Shown piece by piece: positions 1 through 8,963 of a stretch of DNA of 64,000 nucleotides. Source of the stretch: a phage; sequence record PV357172.2; one strand, written 5' to 3'. The notes beneath the pieces were generated by a model that was not told where the DNA came from, made no database searches, and saw only the letters and a program-made list of their open reading frames with translations. The position numbers and the translations under genes were made by a program. Numbering within the stretch: position 1 is the first letter of the stretch; each line of letters opens with the position of its first letter.

Positions 1-119
1 GTATGGCTGAACGTCAATCAGGTATCCAGAAAATCTTTGATCTGTTAAATCGTGCTAATCCTAAAATTGATAACAGTAAAGATACTGTTCTGCGTACCTT
101 ACTGGCAATGGGTCTGTAA
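1..119 (+). CDS. 3' end of an upstream gene (partial)
   Basis: Open frame entering the window and ending at TAA 117-119; function unknown. Confidence 0.3.
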   Translation, partial: MAERQSGIQKIFDLLNRANPKIDNSKDTVLRTLLAMGL

Positions 120-171
120 TAGACCAACTTTAAACAAATTCAAATCTTAAACTTCATATAAGGAAGAAACA

Positions 172-810
172 ATGACTACTCGTATTTCTAAAACTCGCGA
201 TCTGGCAACTATCAAATCTCTGGAAGCTAAAATCCGTAAAGCTACTGAACAACAGCTTCTGATCGCTGTTGGTGAAGGTAAGGATAAAAATAAGGTTGTA
301 GTTGGCGCTGCAATCGAAGTAGACGATCTGTCTGCTCGTATTAAGGCAGATTTCCAATCTCTCCTAGATATGATGTCCCAGCGTGATCGTATCAAAGCTG
401 CTCTGATTAAGAGCAATGCGGAAACAGTAGTTGAGATTGGTTCTCGTAAAATGACTGTTGCAGAAGCAATTGAAGCTAAGCGTTCTATGGAGCTTAAAGC
501 TCAGTTGCTGGCTAATATGCGTAAGCAGTTCCATGCCGCTACGGTTAAGTTTAATACGCAGAAAGCACAGTTTGATGCTAAATATGAGCGTTTGCAGGAT
601 AGCATGGCTACCCGCGATAAGAAAACTTCCGAAGATGAAGTTAAAATGCAGCTCAACCTGCTGGAACTCAAGAATACTCCATTCTTGATTGATCCGCTGG
701 AGCTGGAGAAGCTGATCAAGCAGCACGACGAAGAATATCAGGACTTTGCAACTAATGTTGACTTTGTTCTGTCTGAGTCTAATGCCTCTACTTTCATTGA
801 AGTAGAGTAA
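172..810 (+). CDS. hypothetical protein (212 aa, helical)
   Basis: Track ORF with GGAAG SD-like motif upstream; no recognisable domain. Confidence 0.55.
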   Translation: MTTRISKTRDLATIKSLEAKIRKATEQQLLIAVGEGKDKNKVVVGAAIEVDDLSARIKADFQSLLDMMSQRDRIKAALIKSNAETVVEIGSRKMTVAEAIEAKRSMELKAQLLANMRKQFHAATVKFNTQKAQFDAKYERLQDSMATRDKKTSEDEVKMQLNLLELKNTPFLIDPLELEKLIKQHDEEYQDFATNVDFVLSESNASTFIEVE

Positions 811-1193
811 TAATTTAAAAGCTAGTAAATCGGTAGACGAAAGCCCAAGCATCTTACCTCGCAGCAGCGGTTGAAATACGAGGTTAAATAAGACCGCTGA
901 CCATACTATAAAGTATAATCTATTGGAGATTATGTTTATTACATCAGACATTTAATCTGACACGTAAAAACAAAGAGTCGTTGATATTACCGACACAACT
1001 TCAAAGATCAACATTTAAGTATGAAAGCTGAAAAGTTTAAAGAACTCAAACTTCTAAACTTCTAAAGCTAAAAGATGCAAAGTATTCGTTGATGATTCAA
1101 ACCCTAGATCAAAGGTACATGGCTCATAAGATATGGCCTGTGGCGCCTCTAGGCTGTTTATCGGTTTACTAGTTTCACAATTTAAAAATGTAT

Positions 1194-1222
1194 TTGCTAA
1201 TCTACTAAATTATATGTATAAT
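1194..1222 (+). promoter_or_regulatory. sigma70-like early promoter (TTGCTA, 17-bp spacer, TATAAT)
   Basis: -35 TTGCTA 1194-1199 and -10 TATAAT 1217-1222, upstream A-tract; first member of a repeated promoter family. Confidence 0.6.
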
Positions 1223-1252
1223 ATATTTTTAAATTGATGAAACGAGGCTATT

Positions 1253-2074
1253 ATGGGTAAATTACAAAAACAAATACTACCACATATAGATTATATTCGA
1301 GAAATTATAGAGTATAATCCTTATACTGGTAAATTATTTTATAAGCCTAATAAATACAAGAATAAAACTTGGCACACCCTATATGCTGGGAGAGAAATAT
1401 GTAGTAAGAACTCTGATGGGTATATCAGAGTTAGTTTGCTCTTAGATAATAAACCCACAATTATTTATGGACACCGAATAGCGTGGTTGCTCCATTATGG
1501 TGAAGAGCCTCCTTATATGATCGACCATATAAATACCATACCGTGGGATAACAGAATTGTTAATCTAAGAGAGACAAATTTTAAGTTAAATAGGATTAAT
1601 ACTAATAAAACCGTAGGTGTAGAACTCCTCCCCGAGGGTTTTGTGTATAGCATTACATTAGGTGGAAAGTTTTTCGTATCTCCTGGCTTCACCACTTTCG
1701 AACAAGCTAAAGGGGAAAGAGAAAAACTAGTAAATGGTTTATGTAATGCAGAAATTGGGAAGCAGACCAATATTCTAATAGACGATGTTAGAGATCTACC
1801 TGAAATGTCCATTATTTGTCGTACAGTTATAGGTGCGCTGGAACTATCAGATATGTTTAGTTTTACTGGTTCCTACCTATTTATGGACTCAGATCTAGGA
1901 GACCCAGAAGTACAAGGAAAAGACTTATTAGATTATATACTCTTTTTAGGTCAAAGACCTTTGAAAGTAGTTCTAGTAACATCCAACCCTGTTGACGCAG
2001 AGTACATGAGAGGTACTCTTACGTCTTATGGTTATCGAGAAAATCCCAATAGGTTAGAATATGACCTATTTTAA
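1253..2074 (+). CDS. HNH homing endonuclease
   Basis: Motif GHRIAWLLHYGE...IDHIN...DNRIVNLRETN typical of the HNH family; sits beside the tRNA cluster. Confidence 0.8.
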   Translation: MGKLQKQILPHIDYIREIIEYNPYTGKLFYKPNKYKNKTWHTLYAGREICSKNSDGYIRVSLLLDNKPTIIYGHRIAWLLHYGEEPPYMIDHINTIPWDNRIVNLRETNFKLNRINTNKTVGVELLPEGFVYSITLGGKFFVSPGFTTFEQAKGEREKLVNGLCNAEIGKQTNILIDDVRDLPEMSIICRTVIGALELSDMFSFTGSYLFMDSDLGDPEVQGKDLLDYILFLGQRPLKVVLVTSNPVDAEYMRGTLTSYGYRENPNRLEYDLF

Positions 2075-2086
2075 GGAGTAAAAAGA

Positions 2087-2536
2087 ATGAAGGCAGCTTT
2101 GCTTTTAGTAGCTGCCCTTACCTTCAGCTTTAGTAGTCAGGCATCGCACGATGCAAAAGAAATAGATTGCATTGCTAAAAATATCTATTTTGAAAGTCGT
2201 GGTGAGGGCATAAATGGAATGATGGCGATTGCACATGTTACTAAAAACCGTGTAAACTCCGGTAAATTCCCAGATTCCTACTGTAAAGTAGTATATCAGT
2301 CTACCCAGTTCTCTTGGGTATCTAAGAGACCAAAAGTTGATAAAACGGATGAGGCTTGGCAAACCGCTAAGAATTTAGCTAGAGTGATATACTACGTTGA
2401 TTTACCACAAGATCCAACACATGGAGCACTATACTTCCATAGTGGTAAAGATAAACCTTACTGGACAAAGAAGTTTAAGAAAACAACGAAGATTCAAGGC
2501 CATACGTTCTACAAGCCTGCGGTCACTAAAACTTAA
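2087..2536 (+). CDS. SleB-like cell wall hydrolase with signal peptide
   Basis: N-terminal signal peptide; pattern NIYFESRGE...AIAHVTKNR...QFSW resembles the SleB / Hydrolase_2 family. Confidence 0.6.
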   Translation: MKAALLLVAALTFSFSSQASHDAKEIDCIAKNIYFESRGEGINGMMAIAHVTKNRVNSGKFPDSYCKVVYQSTQFSWVSKRPKVDKTDEAWQTAKNLARVIYYVDLPQDPTHGALYFHSGKDKPYWTKKFKKTTKIQGHTFYKPAVTKT

Positions 2537-2544
2537 AAATTTAT

Positions 2545-2573
2545 TTGCTTAAATACTTAAACTTCTGTATAAT
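2545..2573 (+). promoter_or_regulatory. sigma70-like early promoter
   Basis: TTGCTT 2545-2550, TATAAT 2568-2573, 17-bp spacer. Confidence 0.6.
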
Positions 2574-2604
2574 ACTTTCATAAATTAATGAGAGGAAGCG
2601 AAAT

Positions 2605-2775
2605 ATGAAGAACTTGATCGTCATTGGTGTTAACACTCGCGGTATTCGTACTACGAAAACTATTAAAACTTCTAACGTTGCTGAAATCACTACGAACCCT
2701 AAAAAGTTTGATTTCGCCAAAGTCTCAGCAGTTATGACGGAGCAATCTTTTAACCAAGCGTTAGGACTGAAATAA
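2605..2775 (+). CDS. small hypothetical protein (56 aa)
   Basis: ATG 2605 after promoter and GAGAGGAAG SD; stop overlaps next start (TAATG); below the track length cutoff. Confidence 0.4.
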   Translation: MKNLIVIGVNTRGIRTTKTIKTSNVAEITTNPKKFDFAKVSAVMTEQSFNQALGLK

Positions 2776-3218
2776 TGGAAGAGAATATTTTAGATGTTTT
2801 GCGTAGAGCTTTGCAGGATTCTAAGTTTAATGGTTCTGATAAAGAAGTCGCTAAAAGCTATCAGACCATAATCGGGGATCTTCAGCGTATTGATAAAGAT
2901 TTCATCACTTCTGAACAATTTGTGTCTTATCTCAAAGCTCAACTAAAAAGCATTAACCAGATGAAAGCTAAACTTCATGGTCAAGATCTTGATAGTTATA
3001 GCTTGCAGTCCGCTCAGTATGAATACATTCTAAATAAGTGGTTGCAGGAGTATCTGCCTCCTCAGTTATCTGATACTGAGATTCGTAAATACTTTGCAGA
3101 ATTAGTTAAGCTAAACCCTGGAATTACAAAAGGTATGCTGATGAAAGCGATTAAGGAAGAATTTCCTGGGCGTTATGATGGTGGTACTGCTGCTCAGATT
3201 GCTGGCGAATTTAATTAA
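2775..3218 (+). CDS. GatB/YqeY-domain protein
   Basis: C-terminal pattern EYLPPQLS...G...GMLMKAI......DGG matches YqeY/GatB-like domain proteins. Confidence 0.6.
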   Translation: MEENILDVLRRALQDSKFNGSDKEVAKSYQTIIGDLQRIDKDFITSEQFVSYLKAQLKSINQMKAKLHGQDLDSYSLQSAQYEYILNKWLQEYLPPQLSDTEIRKYFAELVKLNPGITKGMLMKAIKEEFPGRYDGGTAAQIAGEFN

Positions 3219-3226
3219 AAATTTAC

Positions 3227-3255
3227 TTGCTAAATGCTTATAAATTCTGTATAAT
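3227..3255 (+). promoter_or_regulatory. sigma70-like early promoter
   Basis: TTGCTA 3227-3232, TATAAT 3250-3255. Confidence 0.6.
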
Positions 3256-3262
3256 ATATTCA

Positions 3263-4050
3263 TAAATTAGGGAACAGCGAGCCGATTACGCTGAGTGCAG
3301 AATCCCAACCGGAGCGCATTGAATAGAGTCGGTGGGTTAGTTGTAAAACTAGTACACAGGGGGCGGCAATCCCGGTTAGTGGCTAGAACGTGTAAAATGA
3401 GGCGTCTGAAACCTCTCCCCTAAACTCTTCTCTAATTTATAAATAGTGGGGTGTGGAAATCACTTATGTAGTAACACTGCCGTCCTAGTATAATTGGTAT
3501 TATCAAGCCGTAACTGGTGGAAGATGTAGGTTCGAATCCTACGGTCGGTAAGAACTGGATAACTGATGCTTTTAACGTAAAAGCTTCCGAGGTTAGTTGC
3601 GCACTGCCTAAACCACGCGGTAGTTGGTTCCAGACTAACCAACCAGTCTGCTGAATAGTTTTATTACGATTTAACTATGCCCAGGCTAAAGAAGAACTTT
3701 AGAAGGTATTCTAGGATAGTGAAGTTCTTTCTCCATATCGGAGTAGTTTTTCAAGCTATCCACAAAGTGGGAAATGCTGACATGAGAGATGTCACTAATG
3801 GTGCACAATAGCACAGGTAATTCGCGATAACCCCTGTTGAGTAGCAGCAAAAGGCGGGAAGTCATGACCCCAAGCCTAACCGAGTCCTCAATATACCGCA
3901 GGACATAACCACTAAGTCCCCCTGACTTAAACTGGAAAATAATAGACGTTACTGTATTTTGTCTTGAAATACTTAATGAGTGAGACTTATGACTCTCCCG
4001 GTATCGTCTGTATTTTTAAGAGTTTTTACGAGAGTTCTTAAAAATACTTA
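3263..4050 (+). ncRNA. promoter-driven untranslated region upstream of tRNA-Arg; candidate structured RNA(s)
   Basis: About 790 nt between a consensus promoter and tRNA-Arg with no plausible ORF; contains one tRNA-like T-arm. Confidence 0.3.
3479..3550 (+). tRNA. tRNA-like element (T-arm and acceptor stem only)
   Basis: GTAGG-TTCGAAT-CCTAC T-arm with 6/7 acceptor pairing; D and anticodon arms weak. Confidence 0.25.
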
Positions 4051-4052
4051 AA

Positions 4053-4124
4053 CGGGGTGTAGTCTAAGGGAGAGGCAGGAGTCTTCTAAATTCCTTTATG
4101 CAGGTTCGAATCCTGTCACCTCGG
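4053..4124 (+). tRNA. tRNA-Arg (anticodon TCT)
   Basis: Acceptor CGGGGTG/CACCTCG, anticodon loop CTTCTAA, T-arm GCAGG-TTCGAAT-CCTGT, encoded CCA. Confidence 0.8.
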
Positions 4125-4161
4125 CCAATTTTATTAACTGTAGCTAAAACAAAGGAAATAT

Positions 4162-5109
4162 ATGTTTAATACTAAAAATATGAAAGAACTGACTTCTGAG
4201 CAGAAAGTAATTCGTACTATTAAACGTTGGGGTATTGGTGCTGTAGTTGGTTTAGCAGGTTTAATCCTAGCTTTTAATTCATATACTGTTGTTCAAGACG
4301 GTACTGTTAAAACCCAGACTTTCCTGGGTAAAGTTGACCCTAGCCCAGTATTACCCGGCTTTCATATTGTAAATCCTTTTGCTTCTTTCGATACTTTTAG
4401 TACTAAAGATATTGCCCTAAAATTAGATAAACTTCAGGTTCCTAGCCAGGATAAGTTTAAATCCACTGTTGACCTGACTGTTATGTTGCAGTTTGATGGT
4501 TCTAAGGCACCAATTAACCGTATTAACGCAGGTACTCAGGATCAGGCGTTAGACAAGTATGTAACTGAAAAATTACTGTCTACTATTCGTGAGTTTGGTA
4601 AGTCTGTACCTAAAGCACAAGATTTGTTTGATGCTAAAATTCAGGCTCAATTGCAAACTGCAATTCAACAGGAAGTTGAAGAGTATGCACGCCCATATGG
4701 TTACACAGTTAAGCAGGTATTCCTTCAGGATATTACTTTGCCACCGGTAATCATGGAACAGGTACAGAATACCAAAGTTCGTGAAGAGCAAGTTAATGCT
4801 GCGAAAGCTGAACTGGCCCGCGTTGAACAAGAAGCGCAGCAAAAGGTTAAACAAGCAGAAGCAGACCGTGAAGCTCGCAACAACCAAGCTATTGCTAATG
4901 AACGTGACGCAGATGCTAAACTGTACGCAGCTAAGAAAGAAGCTGAAGCTAACGCCGCATTGCAACGTACCATTACTCCTGAGATGATTCGCTGGAAGCA
5001 ACTGGAAGTTGAAATGCTTCGTGCTGAAAAATACCAAGGTGGTGTACCGCAAACAGTAGTGGGAACTGGTTACGATGGCCAGATGATCATGGATATGCGT
5101 AATAAGTAA
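4162..5109 (+). CDS. SPFH/band-7 (prohibitin-like) membrane protein
   Basis: N-terminal TM segment then long Ala/Glu/Gln-rich coiled coil; overall SPFH-like architecture. Confidence 0.55.
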   Translation: MFNTKNMKELTSEQKVIRTIKRWGIGAVVGLAGLILAFNSYTVVQDGTVKTQTFLGKVDPSPVLPGFHIVNPFASFDTFSTKDIALKLDKLQVPSQDKFKSTVDLTVMLQFDGSKAPINRINAGTQDQALDKYVTEKLLSTIREFGKSVPKAQDLFDAKIQAQLQTAIQQEVEEYARPYGYTVKQVFLQDITLPPVIMEQVQNTKVREEQVNAAKAELARVEQEAQQKVKQAEADREARNNQAIANERDADAKLYAAKKEAEANAALQRTITPEMIRWKQLEVEMLRAEKYQGGVPQTVVGTGYDGQMIMDMRNK

Positions 5110-5133
5110 TATCCGCATGTAATCTCTGAAGTA

Positions 5134-5168
5134 AGCCCTGTGTTCCCTGGAGAGCGCAGGGCTTTTCT
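5134..5168 (+). terminator. rho-independent terminator
   Basis: GCCCTG...CAGGGC hairpin followed by TTTT. Confidence 0.6.
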
Positions 5169-5314
5169 GTATTTAAGGCAAAAGAAAAAGCCCATAAGTT
5201 ATTCAACTAAGGTCTTTAGTATTTAATTCTTTAGAATCATATAATATTATTGCAGCAACAACGTGCTAACCTTAAGTGCCCTGCAATTTTCCTCTAAAAA
5301 GTTAAAAAATTCGA

Positions 5315-5343
5315 TTGCTTGAATGCTAAATTCTCTGTATAAT
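5315..5343 (+). promoter_or_regulatory. sigma70-like early promoter
   Basis: TTGCTT 5315-5320, TATAAT 5338-5343. Confidence 0.6.
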
Positions 5344-5373
5344 ATATTTATAAATTTGAGAGAGGAATCAAAT

Positions 5374-6429
5374 ATGATTAAGACTGGTCTAGTAATTGGT
5401 AAGTTCGCACCATTAACGCGTGGTCATATTAACCTAATAAACACAGCAGCAACTATGTGTGAACGAGTTATTGTTGTAGTTAGTCATGATAATCGTTGGC
5501 TGGATAAGCAGAACACACGTGATCAGGAAGTATTACAGTTAAAGAATCGACTTCGTTGGTTAGAACAAACTTACGCGGATATTGAGCACATTTCGGTAGA
5601 GTACATTATTGAAGATGATATTCCTGAATATCCGAATGGTTGGCCGGAATATGCTAGAATCCTTAATGAAAATTACGGACATTTGCCTGAGATCACCGTT
5701 TTCTCTAGCGAACTAGACTATGATGCAGAATATAAGAAATATCTGCCGAAGTTTGGTCATTATATTGTAGATTCTGATCGGACTCGTGTTCCAATCTCAG
5801 CTACAATGATTCGTAATGATCTTATGAAGTATTGGGAGTTTCTTCCTAGCTTAGTTCGTAAAGATTACGTGCGTAAGGTTGTAATCATTGGGACTGAAAG
5901 CTCGGGAAAGACTACTTTAACAAAATACCTTGCGAAGCTATACAACACTTCGTGGGTAGAAGAATATGGCCGAACGTATTGTGAAGTTGATCTAGTTGGT
6001 AACGAAAATCTACTTACCAGTGAAGATTACAGTAAAATTGCGTTCAGACACAAAGAGCTAGAGTTTGAAGCAGAACGTACTGCAAATAAGATCATGTTTG
6101 TGGATACAAATGCTTTTATTACTGAGTTCTACCACAGACTTTATGAACATAGTAAGAACCCTGTGGTTACAGCAATTGCAAAAGTAGAACATTACGATTT
6201 AGTAATTGTTCTAGCGCCTACTGTCAAGTGGGTAGATGATGATTTACGTATTAACTCCGATCGTTCAATTACTTCTGAACTGTTCGAGCAGATGAAGAAA
6301 GAATTTCCAAATCAGTTCCCTGAAGGGCGTACTGTTTACATCGACTCTCCGGACTACAAAGTTCGTATGGACGAAGCAGTAAACGCAGTAGACTGGCTGA
6401 TTCATCACTTTAACGTTGGAGAGTTTTAA
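5374..6429 (+). CDS. nadR: NadR-like NMN adenylyltransferase / ribosylnicotinamide kinase
   Basis: N-terminal nucleotidyltransferase motif (GKFAPLTRGHINLI) plus C-terminal Walker A (GTESSGKTT); ATG 5374 after SD AGAGGAA. Confidence 0.7.
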   Translation: MIKTGLVIGKFAPLTRGHINLINTAATMCERVIVVVSHDNRWLDKQNTRDQEVLQLKNRLRWLEQTYADIEHISVEYIIEDDIPEYPNGWPEYARILNENYGHLPEITVFSSELDYDAEYKKYLPKFGHYIVDSDRTRVPISATMIRNDLMKYWEFLPSLVRKDYVRKVVIIGTESSGKTTLTKYLAKLYNTSWVEEYGRTYCEVDLVGNENLLTSEDYSKIAFRHKELEFEAERTANKIMFVDTNAFITEFYHRLYEHSKNPVVTAIAKVEHYDLVIVLAPTVKWVDDDLRINSDRSITSELFEQMKKEFPNQFPEGRTVYIDSPDYKVRMDEAVNAVDWLIHHFNVGEF

Positions 6430-6430
6430 T

Positions 6431-7108
6431 ATGACTAACTATCTCGTAAATGACTTTAAAAACTGGAAACCTCTGGAATATCTGTGGCTGCTCATAGCGG
6501 TTGTCTTCATTAGTTTAGCAAACTATAATGGTACAGCTCTAGATTGGGCTACTGCAATAACCAATGTGGTTTGTGTTATTCTGGTTGCAAAAGGACGTGT
6601 TTCCAACTATATTTGGGGCTTAGTGGGTGTTCTTACATATGGTATTACAGCTTTAAACGCAGATCTTTATGGTAACGCTGCACTAAACCTGCTATACTAC
6701 GTTCCTATGCAGTTTTATGGAATGTACTTATGGCATAAAAATAAACCAAGTAATCTGCCAGACGTTCCAACTAAGGTTCTGACTAAAGCTCAGGCTTTAT
6801 TAACTCTTGGGATTCTAGCAGTAGCTACTCTAGGCTATGGCAGCTTCCTCGCTACCACAGCAGATCCGTTCCCAATGCTCGATGCATTTACTGCGGTTGG
6901 TAGTGTAATTGCTATGTGGCTTATGGTCAAGCAGTATGCTGAACAATGGCTAATCTGGATTGCCATTAATATTGGTACTGTATACATTTGGTTTGTAACT
7001 GCTCAGTCTACAGGTGCTTCTTATGCAATCCTAGCAATGTGGCTGGTATTCTTTGGTAACTCTGTACTTGGAGCCTATAAAGGGTACTTTGTACGCGTTA
7101 ACAAATAA
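6431..7108 (+). CDS. pnuC: PnuC-like nicotinamide riboside transporter
   Basis: About 225-aa polytopic membrane protein immediately after the NadR-like gene, Trp-rich helices as in PnuC. Confidence 0.6.
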   Translation: MTNYLVNDFKNWKPLEYLWLLIAVVFISLANYNGTALDWATAITNVVCVILVAKGRVSNYIWGLVGVLTYGITALNADLYGNAALNLLYYVPMQFYGMYLWHKNKPSNLPDVPTKVLTKAQALLTLGILAVATLGYGSFLATTADPFPMLDAFTAVGSVIAMWLMVKQYAEQWLIWIAINIGTVYIWFVTAQSTGASYAILAMWLVFFGNSVLGAYKGYFVRVNK

Positions 7109-7115
7109 AATAGTT

Positions 7116-7138
7116 ATAGCCCTCAAAGCGAGGGCTAT
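7116..7138 (+). terminator. terminator-like hairpin
   Basis: ATAGCCCTC-AAAGC-GAGGGCTAT hairpin after the PnuC-like gene. Confidence 0.45.
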
Positions 7139-7155
7139 TATCCAGAAAATTTCAC

Positions 7156-7184
7156 TTGCTAAATGCCGAGATTTTCTGTATAAT
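7156..7184 (+). promoter_or_regulatory. sigma70-like early promoter
   Basis: TTGCTA 7156-7161, TATAAT 7179-7184. Confidence 0.6.
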
Positions 7185-7198
7185 ATATTTATAAATTC

Positions 7199-7290
7199 GG
7201 AAGATTAACCCTAATTGGTAAGGGAGCATCTTGCTAAGTTGCCAGTAGCTGTGGAAACACGGTGTATCGGTTCAAGTCCGATATCTTCCT
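7199..7290 (+). tRNA. tRNA-Ser (GCT), long variable arm
   Basis: Perfect acceptor GGAAGAT/ATCTTCC, anticodon loop TTGCTAA, T-loop TTCAAGT, encoded CCA. Confidence 0.75.
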
Positions 7291-7298
7291 CCAAATTT

Positions 7299-7373
7299 GG
7301 TTCTCAAGCTCATTTGGTATGAGCCGTCGCCTCATAAGCGAAAGGTAGGTAGGTTCGAATCCTCCGGGAGCCA
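7299..7373 (+). tRNA. tRNA-Met/fMet/Ile2 (CAT)
   Basis: D-stem GCTC/GAGC, anticodon loop CTCATAA, T-loop TTCGAAT, encoded CCA. Confidence 0.7.
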
Positions 7374-7393
7374 CCAGATAACTAGGAGACTTT

Positions 7394-7582
7394 ATGTCAC
7401 GCTTTCACGAAATTAAGCAAGAACTGGAAGAACTCGCCTGTCCTGAATGCTTTGGGACAGGTGAATGGAATGATGCTGAACCCGGGGATACGCGGTTTAA
7501 CACTTACGTTTGCACTCACTGTGAAGGTACTGGTGTAAACCCTCTTTACACTATTTCTCTTTTTGTAGGGGTTGCTAAATAA
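7394..7582 (+). CDS. small zinc-ribbon protein (CPEC...CTHCEG)
   Basis: 62-aa ORF with two CxxC pairs and AGGAG SD. Confidence 0.5.
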   Translation: MSRFHEIKQELEELACPECFGTGEWNDAEPGDTRFNTYVCTHCEGTGVNPLYTISLFVGVAK

Positions 7583-7588
7583 TGCACT

Positions 7589-7936
7589 TTGAAGATGATG
7601 AAAAAAGAAGCGTTCTACACTGTCCCAGCAATTAATCTGCTCGGTACTGTACTATTTCAGATTAAGTTCTACCTGCGAGACGACTACACTGAAGTGGTAA
7701 ACGCTATTGTACCTGAGTTCTTCGTAAATAATTTCCAAAAGGACTTTAAGTTCTTTATTGATGATGTTTACGATGGTGTGGTTGATCCGGCAGTAGCTCC
7801 AGCTATATACAATGTATTTAATTCTCTGCCAGATCTAGATTTTGATCTAGGACTTATTGAGTCTGGTGAGATTATCTGGGCACTTAATGTTCCAGTGACT
7901 GGATTCCCTGGTTGGCTGCAAGGTTACGAACTCTAA
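7589..7936 (+). CDS. hypothetical protein (115 aa)
   Basis: Track ORF; alternative start codon; no domain recognised. Confidence 0.45.
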   Translation: MKMMKKEAFYTVPAINLLGTVLFQIKFYLRDDYTEVVNAIVPEFFVNNFQKDFKFFIDDVYDGVVDPAVAPAIYNVFNSLPDLDFDLGLIESGEIIWALNVPVTGFPGWLQGYEL

Positions 7937-7944
7937 CAAAATTT

Positions 7945-8027
7945 GGATCTGTGGTGGAATTGGCAATACACACCATGCTTAAAACGTGGCGCTTAAATGA
8001 TTGAGGGTTCGAGCCCCTCCAGATCCA
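7945..8027 (+). tRNA. tRNA-Leu (TAA), long variable arm
   Basis: Acceptor GGATCTG/CAGATCC, anticodon loop CTTAAAA, T-arm GAGGG-TTCGAGC-CCCTC, encoded CCA. Confidence 0.7.
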
Positions 8028-8182
8028 CCAAATTAAGGAAGTAAAAATGAAATCTATTAAGAAAGCACTGCGTAAATTTATGTATTGTCGTTTTCATAGC
8101 ATCAAGGCTTCAACTAATGGTACTACTTACGATCGCTATGATCCTAAGTTTGGCTTACATTCTAAATAACTGGAGAAAACAA

Positions 8183-8389
8183 ATGGCTAATCCTGAAATT
8201 ACGGCACAACGCTTTATGCTGAAAGGAATTATTGCTGAAGCAGGCATGACAGAAGAAGTTGCAGATTTTCAAAAGCAATTCCTCAATATTCTCACTCAAG
8301 CCAAAGAGCTAGGAGAGAAAGAACATGGCGCGGCTATTATGGCAATCACATTGGTTGGGCTTGATCTGGCTGAAGAATCAGGAGTTTAA
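8183..8389 (+). CDS. hypothetical protein
   Basis: ATG 8183 preceded by GGAG; in frame with track ORF 8117-8389. Confidence 0.45.
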   Translation: MANPEITAQRFMLKGIIAEAGMTEEVADFQKQFLNILTQAKELGEKEHGAAIMAITLVGLDLAEESGV

Positions 8390-8419
8390 CTCCTCCAAGC
8401 AGAAATTTTAAAAATGTAC

Positions 8420-8449
8420 TTGCTTTTTACTTAAGATTTCTGCTATAAT
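8420..8449 (+). promoter_or_regulatory. sigma70-like early promoter
   Basis: TTGCTT 8420-8425, TATAAT 8444-8449. Confidence 0.55.
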
Positions 8450-8478
8450 AGTTATATAAGTTGATGAGAGGAATCAGA

Positions 8479-8754
8479 ATGTTAAAACGTTTTGCAGCAA
8501 CTGGTATTGAAAGCTCAGTATGTAAATCCTGGGGTGGTTGGGAAGGTGAGATCGAGTGGCTTTATTTCTACAATGTAGAACTTCTTCCAGAGATCAAAGC
8601 TCAATGTATTGAGGCTGGTATGGCTCCTGATGCTACGGCTGATGTTGAAATCAGCATGAATAAGCTAGAGGGTCGAGTAGTCACTGTTACTGATGAAGGT
8701 GAAGAGGTATTCGAACTTCCATTCACTTTGAAAGTCACTCCTTCATTTGATTAA
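8479..8754 (+). CDS. hypothetical protein
   Basis: ATG 8479 after conserved GATGAGAGG leader; in frame with track ORF. Confidence 0.5.
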   Translation: MLKRFAATGIESSVCKSWGGWEGEIEWLYFYNVELLPEIKAQCIEAGMAPDATADVEISMNKLEGRVVTVTDEGEEVFELPFTLKVTPSFD

Positions 8755-8785
8755 CTGATACAGCACTGAGCAAGTTCTTTAAAAT

Positions 8786-8819
8786 TTGACTTGCTCAGTA
8801 CCTTAAAACTTGGTATAAT
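8786..8819 (+). promoter_or_regulatory. sigma70-like early promoter
   Basis: TTGACT/TTGCTC 8786-8796, TATAAT 8814-8819. Confidence 0.55.
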
Positions 8820-8889
8820 AGTTATCTAATTTGGAAACATATTTAAAAGTATTCAAATACTAGTTTAAACACTTTTAAATGTACATCGT

Positions 8890-8963
8890 TGGCAGAATGG
8901 CTATTGTAGCGGTCTGTAAATCCGTGCCCTTCGGGATTGGTGGTTCGAATCTTACACGGCCCG
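8890..8963 (+). tRNA. tRNA-like element with Tyr-type anticodon loop (CTGTAAA); possible pseudogene
   Basis: GGTTCGAATC T-loop and CCA end are present but acceptor and T-stems do not pair canonically. Confidence 0.2.

Noticed and set aside
821-905. Possible degenerate tRNA in the 810-1250 intergenic region (AAATCGGTAGAC D-arm-like, ...GACCGCTGACCA end)
   Set aside because: No T-loop and the only pairing is a simple CAGCGG/CCGCTG hairpin; not enough for a tRNA call.
5323-6429. Longer N-terminal extensions given by the ORF track (for example 5323, 6416, 8117, 8461, 16722, 24231, 26643, 29541)
   Set aside because: The extensions run through promoter/leader sequence and start at non-ATG codons without an SD; internal ATGs with proper SD spacing were preferred.
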